Below, piece by piece: positions 1-11,164 of a stretch of DNA of 64,000 nt; the stretch's first letter is position 1, and each line of letters starts with the position of its first letter. Location of the stretch: positions 248,001 to 312,000 of the forward strand of contig NIVC01000135.1 in assembly GCA_002269645.1 (NCBI GenBank), read 5' to 3'. Below the pieces are notes generated by a model. That model saw nothing but the letters and a program-made list of their open reading frames with translations, was not told the origin of the DNA and did not search any database. This stretch comes from Macrostomum lignano. Taxonomy: Eukaryota. Position numbers and translations under genes: made by a program.

Positions 1-1955
1 CCGTCATCCCGGCCGACCTGTGCAGCAAGCGGGGCAGCCCCAACTGGCTGCGGGTGTCGCAGTCCAGAGTGCAGCTGCTCAGTCAGTTCGCAACGGCCAA
101 CTGCTCAGCAGAGCCCGTGCTGAGAATCGACGATCACACCAGCAAGTTCGGCAGCGCTCAGCCAATCAGAAACGGCAGCGAGCTGCCCAGCCTGGGCTTC
201 CGGGCGTCCTGCAGGTCGCCAGACGGCACGAAGCACAGCTCCGTGTACTACGGGACCAGGAGACTGCGGGACTCCCAGCTGCCCCCACTGCGGCCAGGCG
301 ACGTCAAGCGAGACAACATCATCATTCTCGGACTGGACTCGCTCTCCCGACTCGAGAGTCTGAGGTCTCTCGTCAATGCGAGCCGTCTGCTGAGAACACA
401 GCTGGGAGCGCTCAGCCTCCTGCAGTACAACATCCTGGGAGACGGCACGCCGGCCGCTCTGGTGCCGATCCTCACCGGGACGAGGGAGTCCGACATGCCC
501 GAAGCTCGCCGGGGCTTCAAGGGAGCTCGGCATCTGGATGAGGTGATGCAGTTCATCTTCCACAAGCTAAAGGAGCTGGGCTACCTCACTCTGTATGGAG
601 AGGAGGGCAGCAGCTTTGGTGAGGCTGTCTAACAAGTTTGCGATTGTGAGTACACTGTCGTTCTTGGATGTCGCAAGTCATCCCGGATCTCCCGTAATTC
701 TCGACTTTCAGGGACCTTCCAGCTGAGATTCCTGGGCTTCAAGAACGAGCCCGCCGACTTCTACCTGAGACCGGTGCTGCAGAAACAGGAGGCCCTCCAG
801 TCTCATCACATCTGCATCGGAAACGAGATGGCGCCTGCCAGAATGCTCACCGCCATCAAGGACATGTTCTCGATGTACCCTGACCGACCGAAGTTCGCCT
901 TCAGCTTCTTCAGCTCGCTGTCTCACGAGAGCAAAGACCTCACTCCGATGGACGCTGAGCTGACCGACTTCCTGAAGTGGTTCGTCAGCGAGAACCTCAT
1001 CAGCAACACGACTCTCATCCTGATGTCGGACCACGGACAGAGACTCGGGCCGCTGAGGAACTCGATGCAGGGCAAGCTGGAGGAGTCGCTGCCGCTCATG
1101 ACAGTCGCGCTGAGTCGGCAGCTCGAGGCTCGGCTTCCTCGAGCTCGGCAGACTCTGGCGACCAACCGGAACCGACTGACGATTCCCACGGACATTCACC
1201 GGACTCTGCTGAGCATCGCTGGATCCGATGCGACCGCTGCTGCTGCTGCTGCGGACAAGTTCAGGTCGTACTCGTTGATCGATGAGGAAGTTCCCGAGAC
1301 CAGAGGCTGCTCAGAGGCGGGCATCCCGGCTCACTGGTGCTCGTGTCTGAGCTCTGAGAAGATGCAACATCCGGAGAGTGAGCAGCTGCCCGTGAGAGCT
1401 GCTCAGTTCGCTGTGGCGCAGATGAACCTCGCCACGGCCGGCTTCCGGAACGCGTGCGCCGAGCTGCGGCTCGACAGCATCGGCGAAGCGGACGTGACGC
1501 GGGTGAGTTGGGCCTTTGAGTGCAGACCGTTTGGATTTTTTACGCATTTTCGTTGTTTTTATACGTCAAGGGATTTATTGTTTAAACAGAAATTCTATTA
1601 CAGAAGTCATTGAATCCAGTTGAAGACTAAGAATTGCATCGTTCTCTATTAGGCCAGCAACGACCTGGCTCAGAGGAAGCGCGGAATCGAGGGCCGTTTT
1701 GCGCTCACCACCACAGACCTGTCGGTTCGAGCCTCCGGTTACGTCACCAGCCGTTTCAGGACTTCGCCTAACGAAGGGCAGTACGAAGCCACAGTGCAGT
1801 TCACGCTGACCAGAAAAGGCTCAGAATTTCACCTGAATTTCGAGCAGCTGGGCGAGTCATCGAGGATCAATAAGTACGGAAGCCAGGCCGATTGTATCGT
1901 TACTCGAGCGCCTCACCTGAGGAAGTTTTGCTATTGCTTAACTAATCAGCTGTGA
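1..1955 (+). CDS. DUF229 family protein (alkaline-phosphatase/sulfatase-like), 5'-truncated by the window; exons <1-618, 712-1502, 1653-1955
   Basis: Motifs NIIILGLDSLSR, YNILGDGTPAAL, LILMSDHGQR, GKLEESLP and C-terminal SRINKYGSQADC..HLRKFCYC. GT-AG introns 619-711 and 1503-1652 keep the frame; stop TGA at 1953-1955. Confidence 0.88.
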
Positions 1956-2237
1956 CCTGACCTGACCTGTGAGCTGTGACTTTCTTATGAGTCTAACTTG
2001 AGTTTAGATGCTTGAGACATTTAGAAATTTTGATCCTGTGAAAGCATCTCGCTAGGCCTAATTTAGGTATAGTGGAATTCTTTTTGGCAATAATTTTATC
2101 GCGCTTGTGCCAATCAATATACATTGCTATAGTATCATACTCAAGTTCAATTTGAGTCAATTTCACTTACAAGTCAGTTGCTTATGCATTTACTCATTGA
2201 GGTTTGGTGAGGTGGGGTTAAATGTAAACTGAGTCAG

Positions 2238-2610
2238 TCAGTCAGTCAGTCAGTCAGTCAGTCAGTCAGTCATCCACTCACTCAAGTCAGTCAGAGTGGG
2301 TGAGTGAATGAATGAACGAGTGAGTCACTGAGTGAATGAATGAGTCAGTAAATGAAGGAGTGAATGAGTGAGTGAGTGAATCAATGCATGAATGAGTGAG
2401 TGAATGAGTGAATGAGTGAGTGAACGAGGAGCGAGTAAGTGGGTGAGTGGGTGAGTAAATGACTGAGTGAGAATGAGTGAAAGAAAGAATGATTGAATGA
2501 GTGAGTGAGCGAGCGAATGAATGAGTGAGTCAGTAATTGAGGTAATGAATGATTGAATGAGCCAGTGGGTGAGTGAATGAGCAAGTGAGTGAATTAGTCA
2601 GTAAAGTGAG
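2238..2610. repeat. (GTCA)n / (GAGT,GAAT)n microsatellite
   Basis: Tetranucleotide runs are directly visible. Confidence 0.9.
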
Positions 2611-3085
2611 TCAAATAAATTTCAACAGACAGCATGGTTTATATAAAGCTGAGCAGACAAAGCCGCACAGCATCATAGGTATCTATTTAAAGAAGCATAA
2701 ATGCTACCGGAGACGCCACTCAGTCAGTCAGTAACAATGAACCGCAAGTACAAGCAGTCCAAAGTACATCAAAGTAACAAAAAGTGAATGAGATGCGTCG
2801 GTTCGCGGGGCGATTCGCGGGGGGGGGATAAAAAACAAATACAATTTATTTTGAATCAAAGCACGGTGTAAAACCGACTGCCGCATTTAATAATTTTAGC
2901 AATAAAGAACGATCAGAATATAAAACATTGAACAAAAGTACATTATATTAGCAAATAGCAGATTATGCAGTTAGTTAAACAAGAGACAAATCAGCACCTT
3001 ACACATTAAACGACAGGAGCTGCTTTGGCTAACGGGTGAATGAGTAGGAACCACTTCTTATGACTAGCTCAACCTCTCCACATGC

Positions 3086-3545
3086 AGACTGGAGGGGTCA
3101 CTGCAGCAGATTGGAAGGGGTCACTGCAGCAGATTGGAGGGGGTCACTGCAGCAGATCGGAGGGGGTCACTGCAGCAGATTGGAGGGGGTCACTGCAGCA
3201 GATCGGAGGGGGTCACTGCAGCAGATCGGAGGGGTCACTGAAGCAGATTGGAGGGGGTCACTGCAGCAGATTAGAAAGGGGTCACTGCAGCAGATTGGAG
3301 GGGGTCACTGCAGCAGATTAGAAAGGGGTCACTGCAGCAGATTGGAGGGGGTCACTGCAGCAGATTGGAAGGGGTCACTGAAGCAGATTGGAGGGGGTCA
3401 CTGCAGCAGATTAGAAAGGGGTCACTGCAGCAGATTGGAGGGGGTCACTGCAGCAGATCGGAGGGGGTCACTGCAGCAGATTAGAAAGGGGTCACTGCAG
3501 CAGATTGGAGGGGGTCACTGCAGCAGATCGGAGGGGGTCACTGCA
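3086..3545. repeat. 23-bp tandem array (GGAGGGGGTCACTGCAGCAGATT), about 20 copies, at the HIRA stop/3' UTR
   Basis: The unit recurs every 23 nt (3121, 3144...). It explains the spurious ORFs 3060-3686 and 3082-3321. Confidence 0.95.
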
Positions 3546-4235
3546 TCAGAGGATGCATTTGCACACCGCCAGCCTCGCCAGCAAACAAGTCGAGTCGTTG
3601 CCGGACCTCCTGGAAGAGCCGCTGCAAGCCGAGGTTCAGCGCGAAGGCAGGCAGCACGAGGTCGCACAGGAGGCTCCGCTTGCTGAGCCCCAGCACACTG
3701 CTGGCGGAAGCGGCGGCGGTCGAACCGGCAGCCGAAGGCAGGACGGCGCCGCAGCCCAGCAGGAGGTCCTCGCACAGGGCCCGCAGGCGGGTCTCCAGGC
3801 CGCTGGCAGCCAGGTGCCGAGCGTACAGCCCCAGCCAGTGCCGCAGCTCCGCGGGCGACTCCAGAGCGCGGGCAGCAGCCACCTGACGTTCGAGGAAGGC
3901 CGCCACAGAGGCTGCAGCAGCCGCCGGGGTCAGCTGGCTGGGACCGGGTACCGCGGGGGCTGCGGCGGCTGCTGATGAAGCTGCCGATTGCAGAAGCTGG
4001 AGAACTCCGCCATTGCCGTTGCCGCCGCCGCCGAGTGCAGCGGTGCGGGCGTGGCTGCGGAACCAAATGACAGCTCCGGGGTCTTCGGGGTCCTGCAGTG
4101 GGGTATGGACAGTGGCTATAGATAGATAGATAGACAGACAGAGAGGCAGACAGACAGACAGAAAGAAAGAGACAGACAGACAGACACAGACACACAGACA
4201 GACAGACAGAAAGACAGACAGACACAGACACACAC

Positions 4236-4274
<39 letters not shown>

Positions 4275-4538
4275 CAGACACACAGACAGACACAGACACA
4301 CAGACACAGACAGACAGACACAGACACACAGACACAGACAGACAGAAAGACAGACACAGACAGACAGACAGACACAGACAAACAAGACACAGACAGACAG
4401 ACAGACACAGACACACAGACACAGACAGACAGAGACAGACAGACAGACACAGACACACAGACACAGACAGACAGACACAGACAGACAGACACAGACACAC
4501 AGACAGACAGACAGACAGACACAGACACAGACACACAC

Positions 4539-4581
<43 letters not shown>

Positions 4582-4803
4582 CAGACACACAGACAGACAC
4601 AGACACACAGACACAGACACACAGACACAGACAGACAGAAAGACAGACACAGACAGACAGACAGACACAGACAAACAAGACACAGACAGACAGACAGACA
4701 CAGACAGACAGACACAGACACACAGACACAGACAGACAGACACAGACAGACAGACAGACACAGACACACAGACACAGACAGACAGAAAGACAGACAGACA
4801 GAC

Positions 4804-4838
<35 letters not shown>

Positions 4839-5373
4839 GGCAGACAGGCAGACAGACAGACAGACAGACACCCACCAGAATGTCCAGCCAGGCGCCCTGA
4901 GCAGCGCAGTAGCAGACTGCGTGGCCGCTAGCCAAGGCCAGCAGGAGGCCGCCGGCCCCGTGCAGGCTGACAGAGACGATTCGCACAGGCGCGCCGGTAA
5001 GGCGTGGCGCGCGTTCCTGCAGTTGGCGCCGAATCGGCGCTGTCGAGTTGAAGCAGCCGGTCGGCGGCGCCGCAGGCGAGGCCAGCAGCTGCCAGACGCA
5101 GAGCCGGCCGGAGCAGGTCACCGCGGCCACCCGGCCGTCGTCGCTGGCTGTCAGGGCGGCCGGCGGCCCGGCGGAGTCGGGCAGCAGCAGCGGCGGCGCC
5201 AGCCGGGAGCCGTCGTGGCCGAACAGGTGGAGGCGGCCGCCCGAGTCGCCCACAGCGATAACCCGGCCGCCGGCGGCCAGACATGTGGGTGGGCGGGACA
5301 GCGGGATCTAAAAGGAGTGGGAGGAATGCGGGTAACATAACTGCTACTGCGATTACTACTACTGCTACTACCG

Positions 5374-5457
<84 letters not shown>

Positions 5458-8400
5458 ATATTACTACTGCTACTACTGCTACTACTACTTCTATTCGTTA
5501 GGTCGTATCTCATACGAGTCATTATTCCATTGTCATCAGGCTAAACGCATTACAATGCATTGGGTCGATTTTCTACTCTATAAAGGTCACTCAGTGCTGA
5601 AATGCCAACCCACCGTCCATAGCGCCGTCTCGCCCAAGCACAGGCTCAGCCAATAGACGTAGGCGCCGCTGCTAGGGCGCCGTTCAATCCGCGCCAGGCG
5701 GCCGTTAGCCAACGGAGCGGTCGCGGCAGCAACACCGCCTGTAGCAGAAGCGCCCGAAGCAGAGGCGGCAGAGTGGAAGCTCAGCTTACAAGGAAGAAAG
5801 GGCGGCCTGTCTCGCAACTCGCCAGCGTCCAGCTGCTCCGAGTCGCTGGAACTCGCCGACGAGTCGCCGGCATCGCCCGAGGCTGAAGCCGACTCAGACG
5901 ATGCCGATGAAGAAGAGATTCTGGACCGGCGCTGTCGGTTCTGTTGCTGCTGTTTCTTCTGCGAATTTTTCTGCTTTAAATGCTGCTTCTTCTGCAACAG
6001 TTTCTGCTGCTTTGCTGGCGGCTTATTGTTCGTGTCGGGCTCGTTGAAGTCCCGGCTGTCATGGGCATCGACTGAGGACATCGACACGAGCCGGGGAGGA
6101 CGGCCTCGCTTCTGGCTTTGCTTCTGCTGCTCCTGCTTGCTTGGAGAGGCCGACGGCGAGGAGTGGACAGGCTGGGGCGGAGGGGGCGGAGGCGGCGGTG
6201 GTGGTGGAGGAGGGGGCGGAGGAGGGGGCGGAAGAACCGGTCCGTCAAGAACTGGCGGCTGCGGGCTGGGGCCGCTGGTCGCCTCTGAGCTGGCGAGGGC
6301 GGTGGGCACGGAGGCTGGGACCTGCTGCTCAGCCACCTGAGGCTGAGGCTCGTACAGGTGGCCGAGAAACTTGGGCGTGATGCGCCGTTTGCCGTCTTTG
6401 CCGCGGCTCTCCAGCTGCTCTGACGGCTCCGCTGGCAGAGGCGCCGGCCGCTGGGGCTGCTGCTGCTGCTGAGCGGCTGCAGATGAAGCCGCTTTGGCCA
6501 CGGAGGCCTGCTGGAGTCTGCAGCGAATTAATAATAGTTACAGTATATGCGTGACTGTACAGCATGACGTGAATCACCCACTAGAGTATGGCGTGAATCA
6601 CTCTCTAGATCATGGGGTGAATCACTCACTAGATCATGGGGTGAATCACTCACTAGATCATGGGATGAATCACTCACTAGATCATGGGGTGAATCACTCA
6701 CTAGATCATGGGGTGAATCACTCACTAGGTCATGGGGTGAATCACTCACTAGATCATGGGGTGAATCACTCACTAGATCATGGGGTGAATCACTCACTAG
6801 ATCATGGGGTGAATCACTCACTAGATTATGGGGTGAATCACTCAATAGGTTATGACGTAAATCACTCACTAGATTATGGCATGAATCACTCACTAGATCA
6901 TGGCGTGAATCACTCACTAGATTATGGGGTGAATCACTCACTAGATTATGGGGTGAATCACTCACTAGATTATGGCATGAATCACTCACTAGATCATGGC
7001 GTGAATCACACAATAGATTATTAGGTGAATCACTCACTAGAGTATGGCGTGAATCACACACTAGATTATGGGGTGAATCACTCACTAGATTATGGGGTGA
7101 ATCACTCACTAGATTATGGCATGAATCACTTACTAGATCATGGCGTGAATCACACAATAGATTATTAGGTGAATCACTCACTAGAGTATGGCGTGAATCA
7201 CACACTAGATTATGGGGTGAATCACTCACTAGATTATGGGGTGAATCACTCACTAGATTATGGGGTGAATCACACACTAGATTATGGGGTGAATCACTCA
7301 CTAGATTATGGGGTGAATCACTCACTAGATTATGGGGTGAATCACACACTAGACATGGCGTGAACAGCAACAAATAAGCGTAATCACCCGGTCACCAACC
7401 TACCTGAGCAGTTGCGGGTCGCTGACAGGCAGCGGCCGGTTGCAGCCGGGGGCGCTGCCGCACTCAGTCAGCAGTGCGGAGTTGCCGTACCGCTGCCGGT
7501 GAATCCTGGCCAGGTCCCGCCGGCTGACCGGCTTGCCCAGTTCATCGGGGCCGAAGTGAAGCAGCGCCACGGTGCCGTCGTGAGACGCCGCAGCCAGCAC
7601 GAGACCGTCCGATGACCAGGCGAGATCGCAGACGCTGCCAGCGAACAGGTCGTGCAGGGCGAGCACAGGACGGCGCATTGAAGTCAGCCAGATGGACACG
7701 CTGCGGTCCTGGTGGGTTTAAGGGGCGATTCTCAGGTAGGTTTATGGGGCGATTCTCAGAATCTCAGGTAGGTTTACTGGCCGATTCTCAGGTAGGTTTA
7801 TGGGGCGATTCTTTAATCCTCACCTTAGATCCCAATGCCATGCAAGCGGCATGCACCTCCTCTTCCTCCTTTTCAGCATTCAGATCGCTTCCACCATTTC
7901 TCAGGCCAGCTCCAGGCCCACTCAGCAAGCAGGGACTGACTGAGCAGCAGGTGACAGCCTTGATGTGGCCCACCAGGTCCATGTCTGAAGCCCATTTGTC
8001 GCGGTGGATCAGCGGGGCCGTGGGGAAGCCGGAGTTCACGGCATTGGCGGCCAGAATGAAGCTGCCGTCCGGTGACCAGGAGGGCCGCAGGAACGGCGTG
8101 GACTGCGGCGCGCCTTTGAATGGCGCCGTGATTCGCGCCTCCTGACGCCACGTGTCGGTGCGCCACACGCACAGGCTGCCGTCGTCGCTCTGCGTTGTTT
8201 TGTTGGGTCAAACAGGGGGCGAGTTTTGAGTTGCCGATTTGTGGGTCAGGCGTATTGGTCGGTGATCCGTAACTTGTGGAAAAAGACAATAAATAGGTAA
8301 ACTCTCGGGGGTCAGTGGACACGTGGGTCAACTGTAATGCTCGATTAGTGGGTCAATGGTATGGGTCAATTAGTTGATCAATTAGTAGGTCAACTGTTTA

Positions 8401-9330
8401 GGTCAATTAGTGGGTCAATGGTATAGATCAATTAGTGGGTCAACTGTTTGGGTCCATTAGTGGGTAATTAATAGGTCAACAATTGGGTCAATTAGTGGGT
8501 CAATTAATAGGTCAACTGTTTGGGTCAATTAGTGGGTCAATGGTTTGGGTCAATTAGTGGGTCAAATTTTTGGGTCAATTATTCGGTCAATCGTATGGCT
8601 CGATTAGTGGGCCAACGGTATGGGTCAGTGAAATAAGTGGGTCAACCGTATGAATCAGTTGGATGAGTCAAAAACCGGGTTAAGATAAGTAAAGTCTAAG
8701 TACGCCGATCAAGATGCAAAACCGCACCTGACTAGCCAAGTAGCGACCCACAGGGTCCCAGGTGACGCCCTTAACCAGTCCGCCATCGCCTTTGAGTGTA
8801 GCCAACCGCTTGTGCTGACCAGCTGGCCAGGCCTGCCACACGGTCACCGTGTTGTCAACCGAGGCCGAGGCCAGCTTGTCCCCCAGCGGTGACCACTGCA
8901 AATCCAACACGTCGCCGTCGTGTCCGCGCAGGGTGGCTGCGCAGCGCCAGTGCTCCAGGCCGCCGCCGAACAGCGGGTTGCTGGCGGCCTCGAAGTCTCC
9001 GCTGCCACCGCCGCCGCCCATGTGGCACCAGAGCATGACCAGGCCATCAACAGCGCCTGAGGCCAGCCATCGCTTATTGTTACTGCTATTAGTAGTGATT
9101 GGCGCAAATCTGACGGCATTGACGCAGCTGGCGTGGCTGGTGAGGCGGCACAGCTGCCGCGGGCGCCGGCTAGAGGGGTCCAGAGCGGGCTCCAGGTGCC
9201 ACAGCACAACCAGGCCGCAGCCGTCGCCTTGGCCGCCTGTGGCGATCCTCTCGCAGCCGGCGTCGATATCAACAGAGAAGATTGGAGCGCCGCCGTCTAA
9301 TTGGATCCATTGAGGCTTCACCACCTTCAT
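3538..9330 (-). CDS. HIRA: HIRA histone H3.3 chaperone; exons 9330-8728, 8189-7824, 7708-7404, ~6517-5614, 5307-4876, 4092-~3538
   Basis: N-terminus [24 protein letters not shown]40 repeats ([31 protein letters not shown]|[20 protein letters not shown]), ASF1-binding B-domain KDGKRRITP and C-terminal [17 protein letters not shown]. Canonical GT-AG junctions. The exon 4 acceptor and the exact 3' end are less certain. Confidence 0.93.
4118..4870. repeat. (GACA/GACACA)n microsatellite filling HIRA intron 5
   Basis: Directly visible; source of the SVCL-rich pseudo-ORFs. Confidence 0.97.
5340..5490. repeat. (CTA)n microsatellite in HIRA intron 4
   Basis: Directly visible. Confidence 0.97.
6566..7362. 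repeat. 24-bp tandem array (GTGAATCACTCACTAGATYATGGG), about 33 copies, filling HIRA intron 3
   Basis: Periodic unit; it translates as VNHSLDHG in the spurious ORFs. Confidence 0.96.
8320..8660. repeat. Degenerate ~12-bp array (GGGTCAATTAGT) in HIRA intron 1
   Basis: GGGTCAA recurs throughout. Confidence 0.85.
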
Positions 9331-9587
9331 GGCATAGCGGCTGGAGTAATGGTCAAATGGAATAATTAAGTCAGGGCCAATGTACACCCGGTGAGAGCCT
9401 GTGTATAAGTGCGCGCCTGTGTACAGTATTGGCGGGCTTGCCTATGCTCAGCAGTCAGCAACCTGTTTATACATAAAAGTACTTCCACAGGGTTTACAGC
9501 GGCCCGGACTTTCTCGCTCAGCGTCAGGGTTAGGGGGGAGAGGAGGGTTATCGCAAACCCTAATTTCTATATTTCTAGAACCCTGTT

Positions 9588-9887
9588 TTTTATTAGAAGC
9601 AGGGGGGTTGTGTGCACCCTGGCGCACTTTAAGCGACATAGGCACACAACCGGCGAGAACACAGGCACACACTCACACAGGAGTGTACAGCGGCCCTAAC
9701 TTTATATTATCGTTAGGCATGTACACTTCACTGCGCCTCGGGGGGTTGGCTCTCAAGGCCGTTAATTGCACGAGCAGAGCCAAGCCGAGATTCCAATTCA
9801 GCCCCAAATTAATGTGACTGCACTTGGAATCGAACCTGGGTCGCTGGCACACCAGAGCAGCTGCGCTACCGCTGGGCTACGGCCCCC
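9588..9887 (-). mobile_element. tRNA-derived SINE, copy 1
   Basis: Minus-strand head GGGGGCCGTAGCCCAGCGGTAGCG...CCAGGTTCGATTCC (A and B boxes), AATAAAA tail and 12-bp TSD TAGAACCCTGTT (9576-9587, 9890-9901). A near-identical copy lies at 22060-22423. Confidence 0.88.
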
Positions 9888-10214
9888 CTTTAGAACCCTG
9901 TTACTTCCATCTATTAAGAAGCCCATCTATTAGTGTGTTACTATCAATACATCTGCGAATGCTCCGCATTTACTCAAAACAGCTACCATCCTGACTTTCT
10001 TGACTCTTCGAACGGGACCGCGGCTCGACGGACGCCGGAACCACCGGATCTCCCAGCGCCCGCAGCACCAGCTGCCCGTGGTCACCACAGTTTAAGGGGA
10101 ATGAACGTCATATTCATAAAAAAAGAAAAAAATTTCCATAAATCTCTTGTTTTTTAATCTTCAAATCATGGGTCGGTCCGTTAAAACTTCACAATAGCAA
10201 TCCGGCCCGTTCAA

Positions 10215-10505
10215 TGTTTATATCTCTTCTCAGCGCTCTTCTCTCTCATCTCCTCTCTACTCTCTTCTCTACCCTCTCTCTTTTCTCTTTTTTCTTCTCT
10301 ATCATCTTCTCTTCTCTTCTCTCTCATCTCATATCCTCCTTTCCCATCTTCTCTCGTCTTTCTCTCTTCGCCTCTCTTCTCTTTCTCTCCTATCCTTCTT
10401 TCCTCTTCTATCTCCTCTCTACTCCACTCCTTTTCTACTATATTCTCTCGCCTCTTCTTTCTCTTATCTCCATTCTCTCTTCTTTATCCTCTCTCCTCTC
10501 CCTTC
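10215..10505. repeat. CT-rich low-complexity tract
   Basis: Polypyrimidine (CT/CTT) tract between the DDX39B 3' end and the HIRA 5' end. Confidence 0.85.
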
Positions 10506-11164
10506 CTCCGGCCAGCAGACATGCTCTAGATTCTCTATTTGGCTCTTAAGGTAAAACAAGTTTGCCGAACCCTGCTCAAGTTCCTACCCTATTCCCTACC
10601 TCCGTGGGGCCTTCAAAAAGTTTTCTAACAAACATTCAAGAGTTGACAAGATTTGCAGCGCCTTAAGCCTACATCTATTAGCTGGGGAATATCAATTAGA
10701 AAATAAATTTAAAATGATTCATTGTTTTGCACTAACCAATGCCAGCGACCAGTAATATCGTTATTAGTCATATTTACCATTGTATTTCATAGTTATTAGA
10801 TTTAATTATTAAACACGAGTTTTAACCGGATGGTTATTAAAGCGACGGGTGCACTTAGCGAATATTGTTGATCAATAAGGTGTCAATTAAGGTGATAACA
10901 GTAATTACAAGGAATAGTTATTAGCATTACTACTGAATAAACACCAGAGTTGCTTTTCAACGTCACTGAATAATAATATTTTAAATAATTATTGAATTGT
11001 AAGAAAAAATGAAGGTATTTTGATCCAATGAGAGTTACAGACAGACAGAGACTTCAGCACAAATGCGAACAGCTGCTACGGACAACACCCAATTAAAAAA
11101 TTGAACAGCGATTCAGGTCCACAAAATCATAAGCAGAACGAGAGCAACACACCCAGTCGGCGGC

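Noticed and set aside
3515-4871. Long SVCL-rich ORFs
   Set aside because: They are translations of the (GACA)n intron of HIRA.
6494-7373. VNHSLDHG / SDSPHNLV repeat proteins
   Set aside because: They come from a 24-bp array inside a HIRA intron bounded by canonical splice sites.
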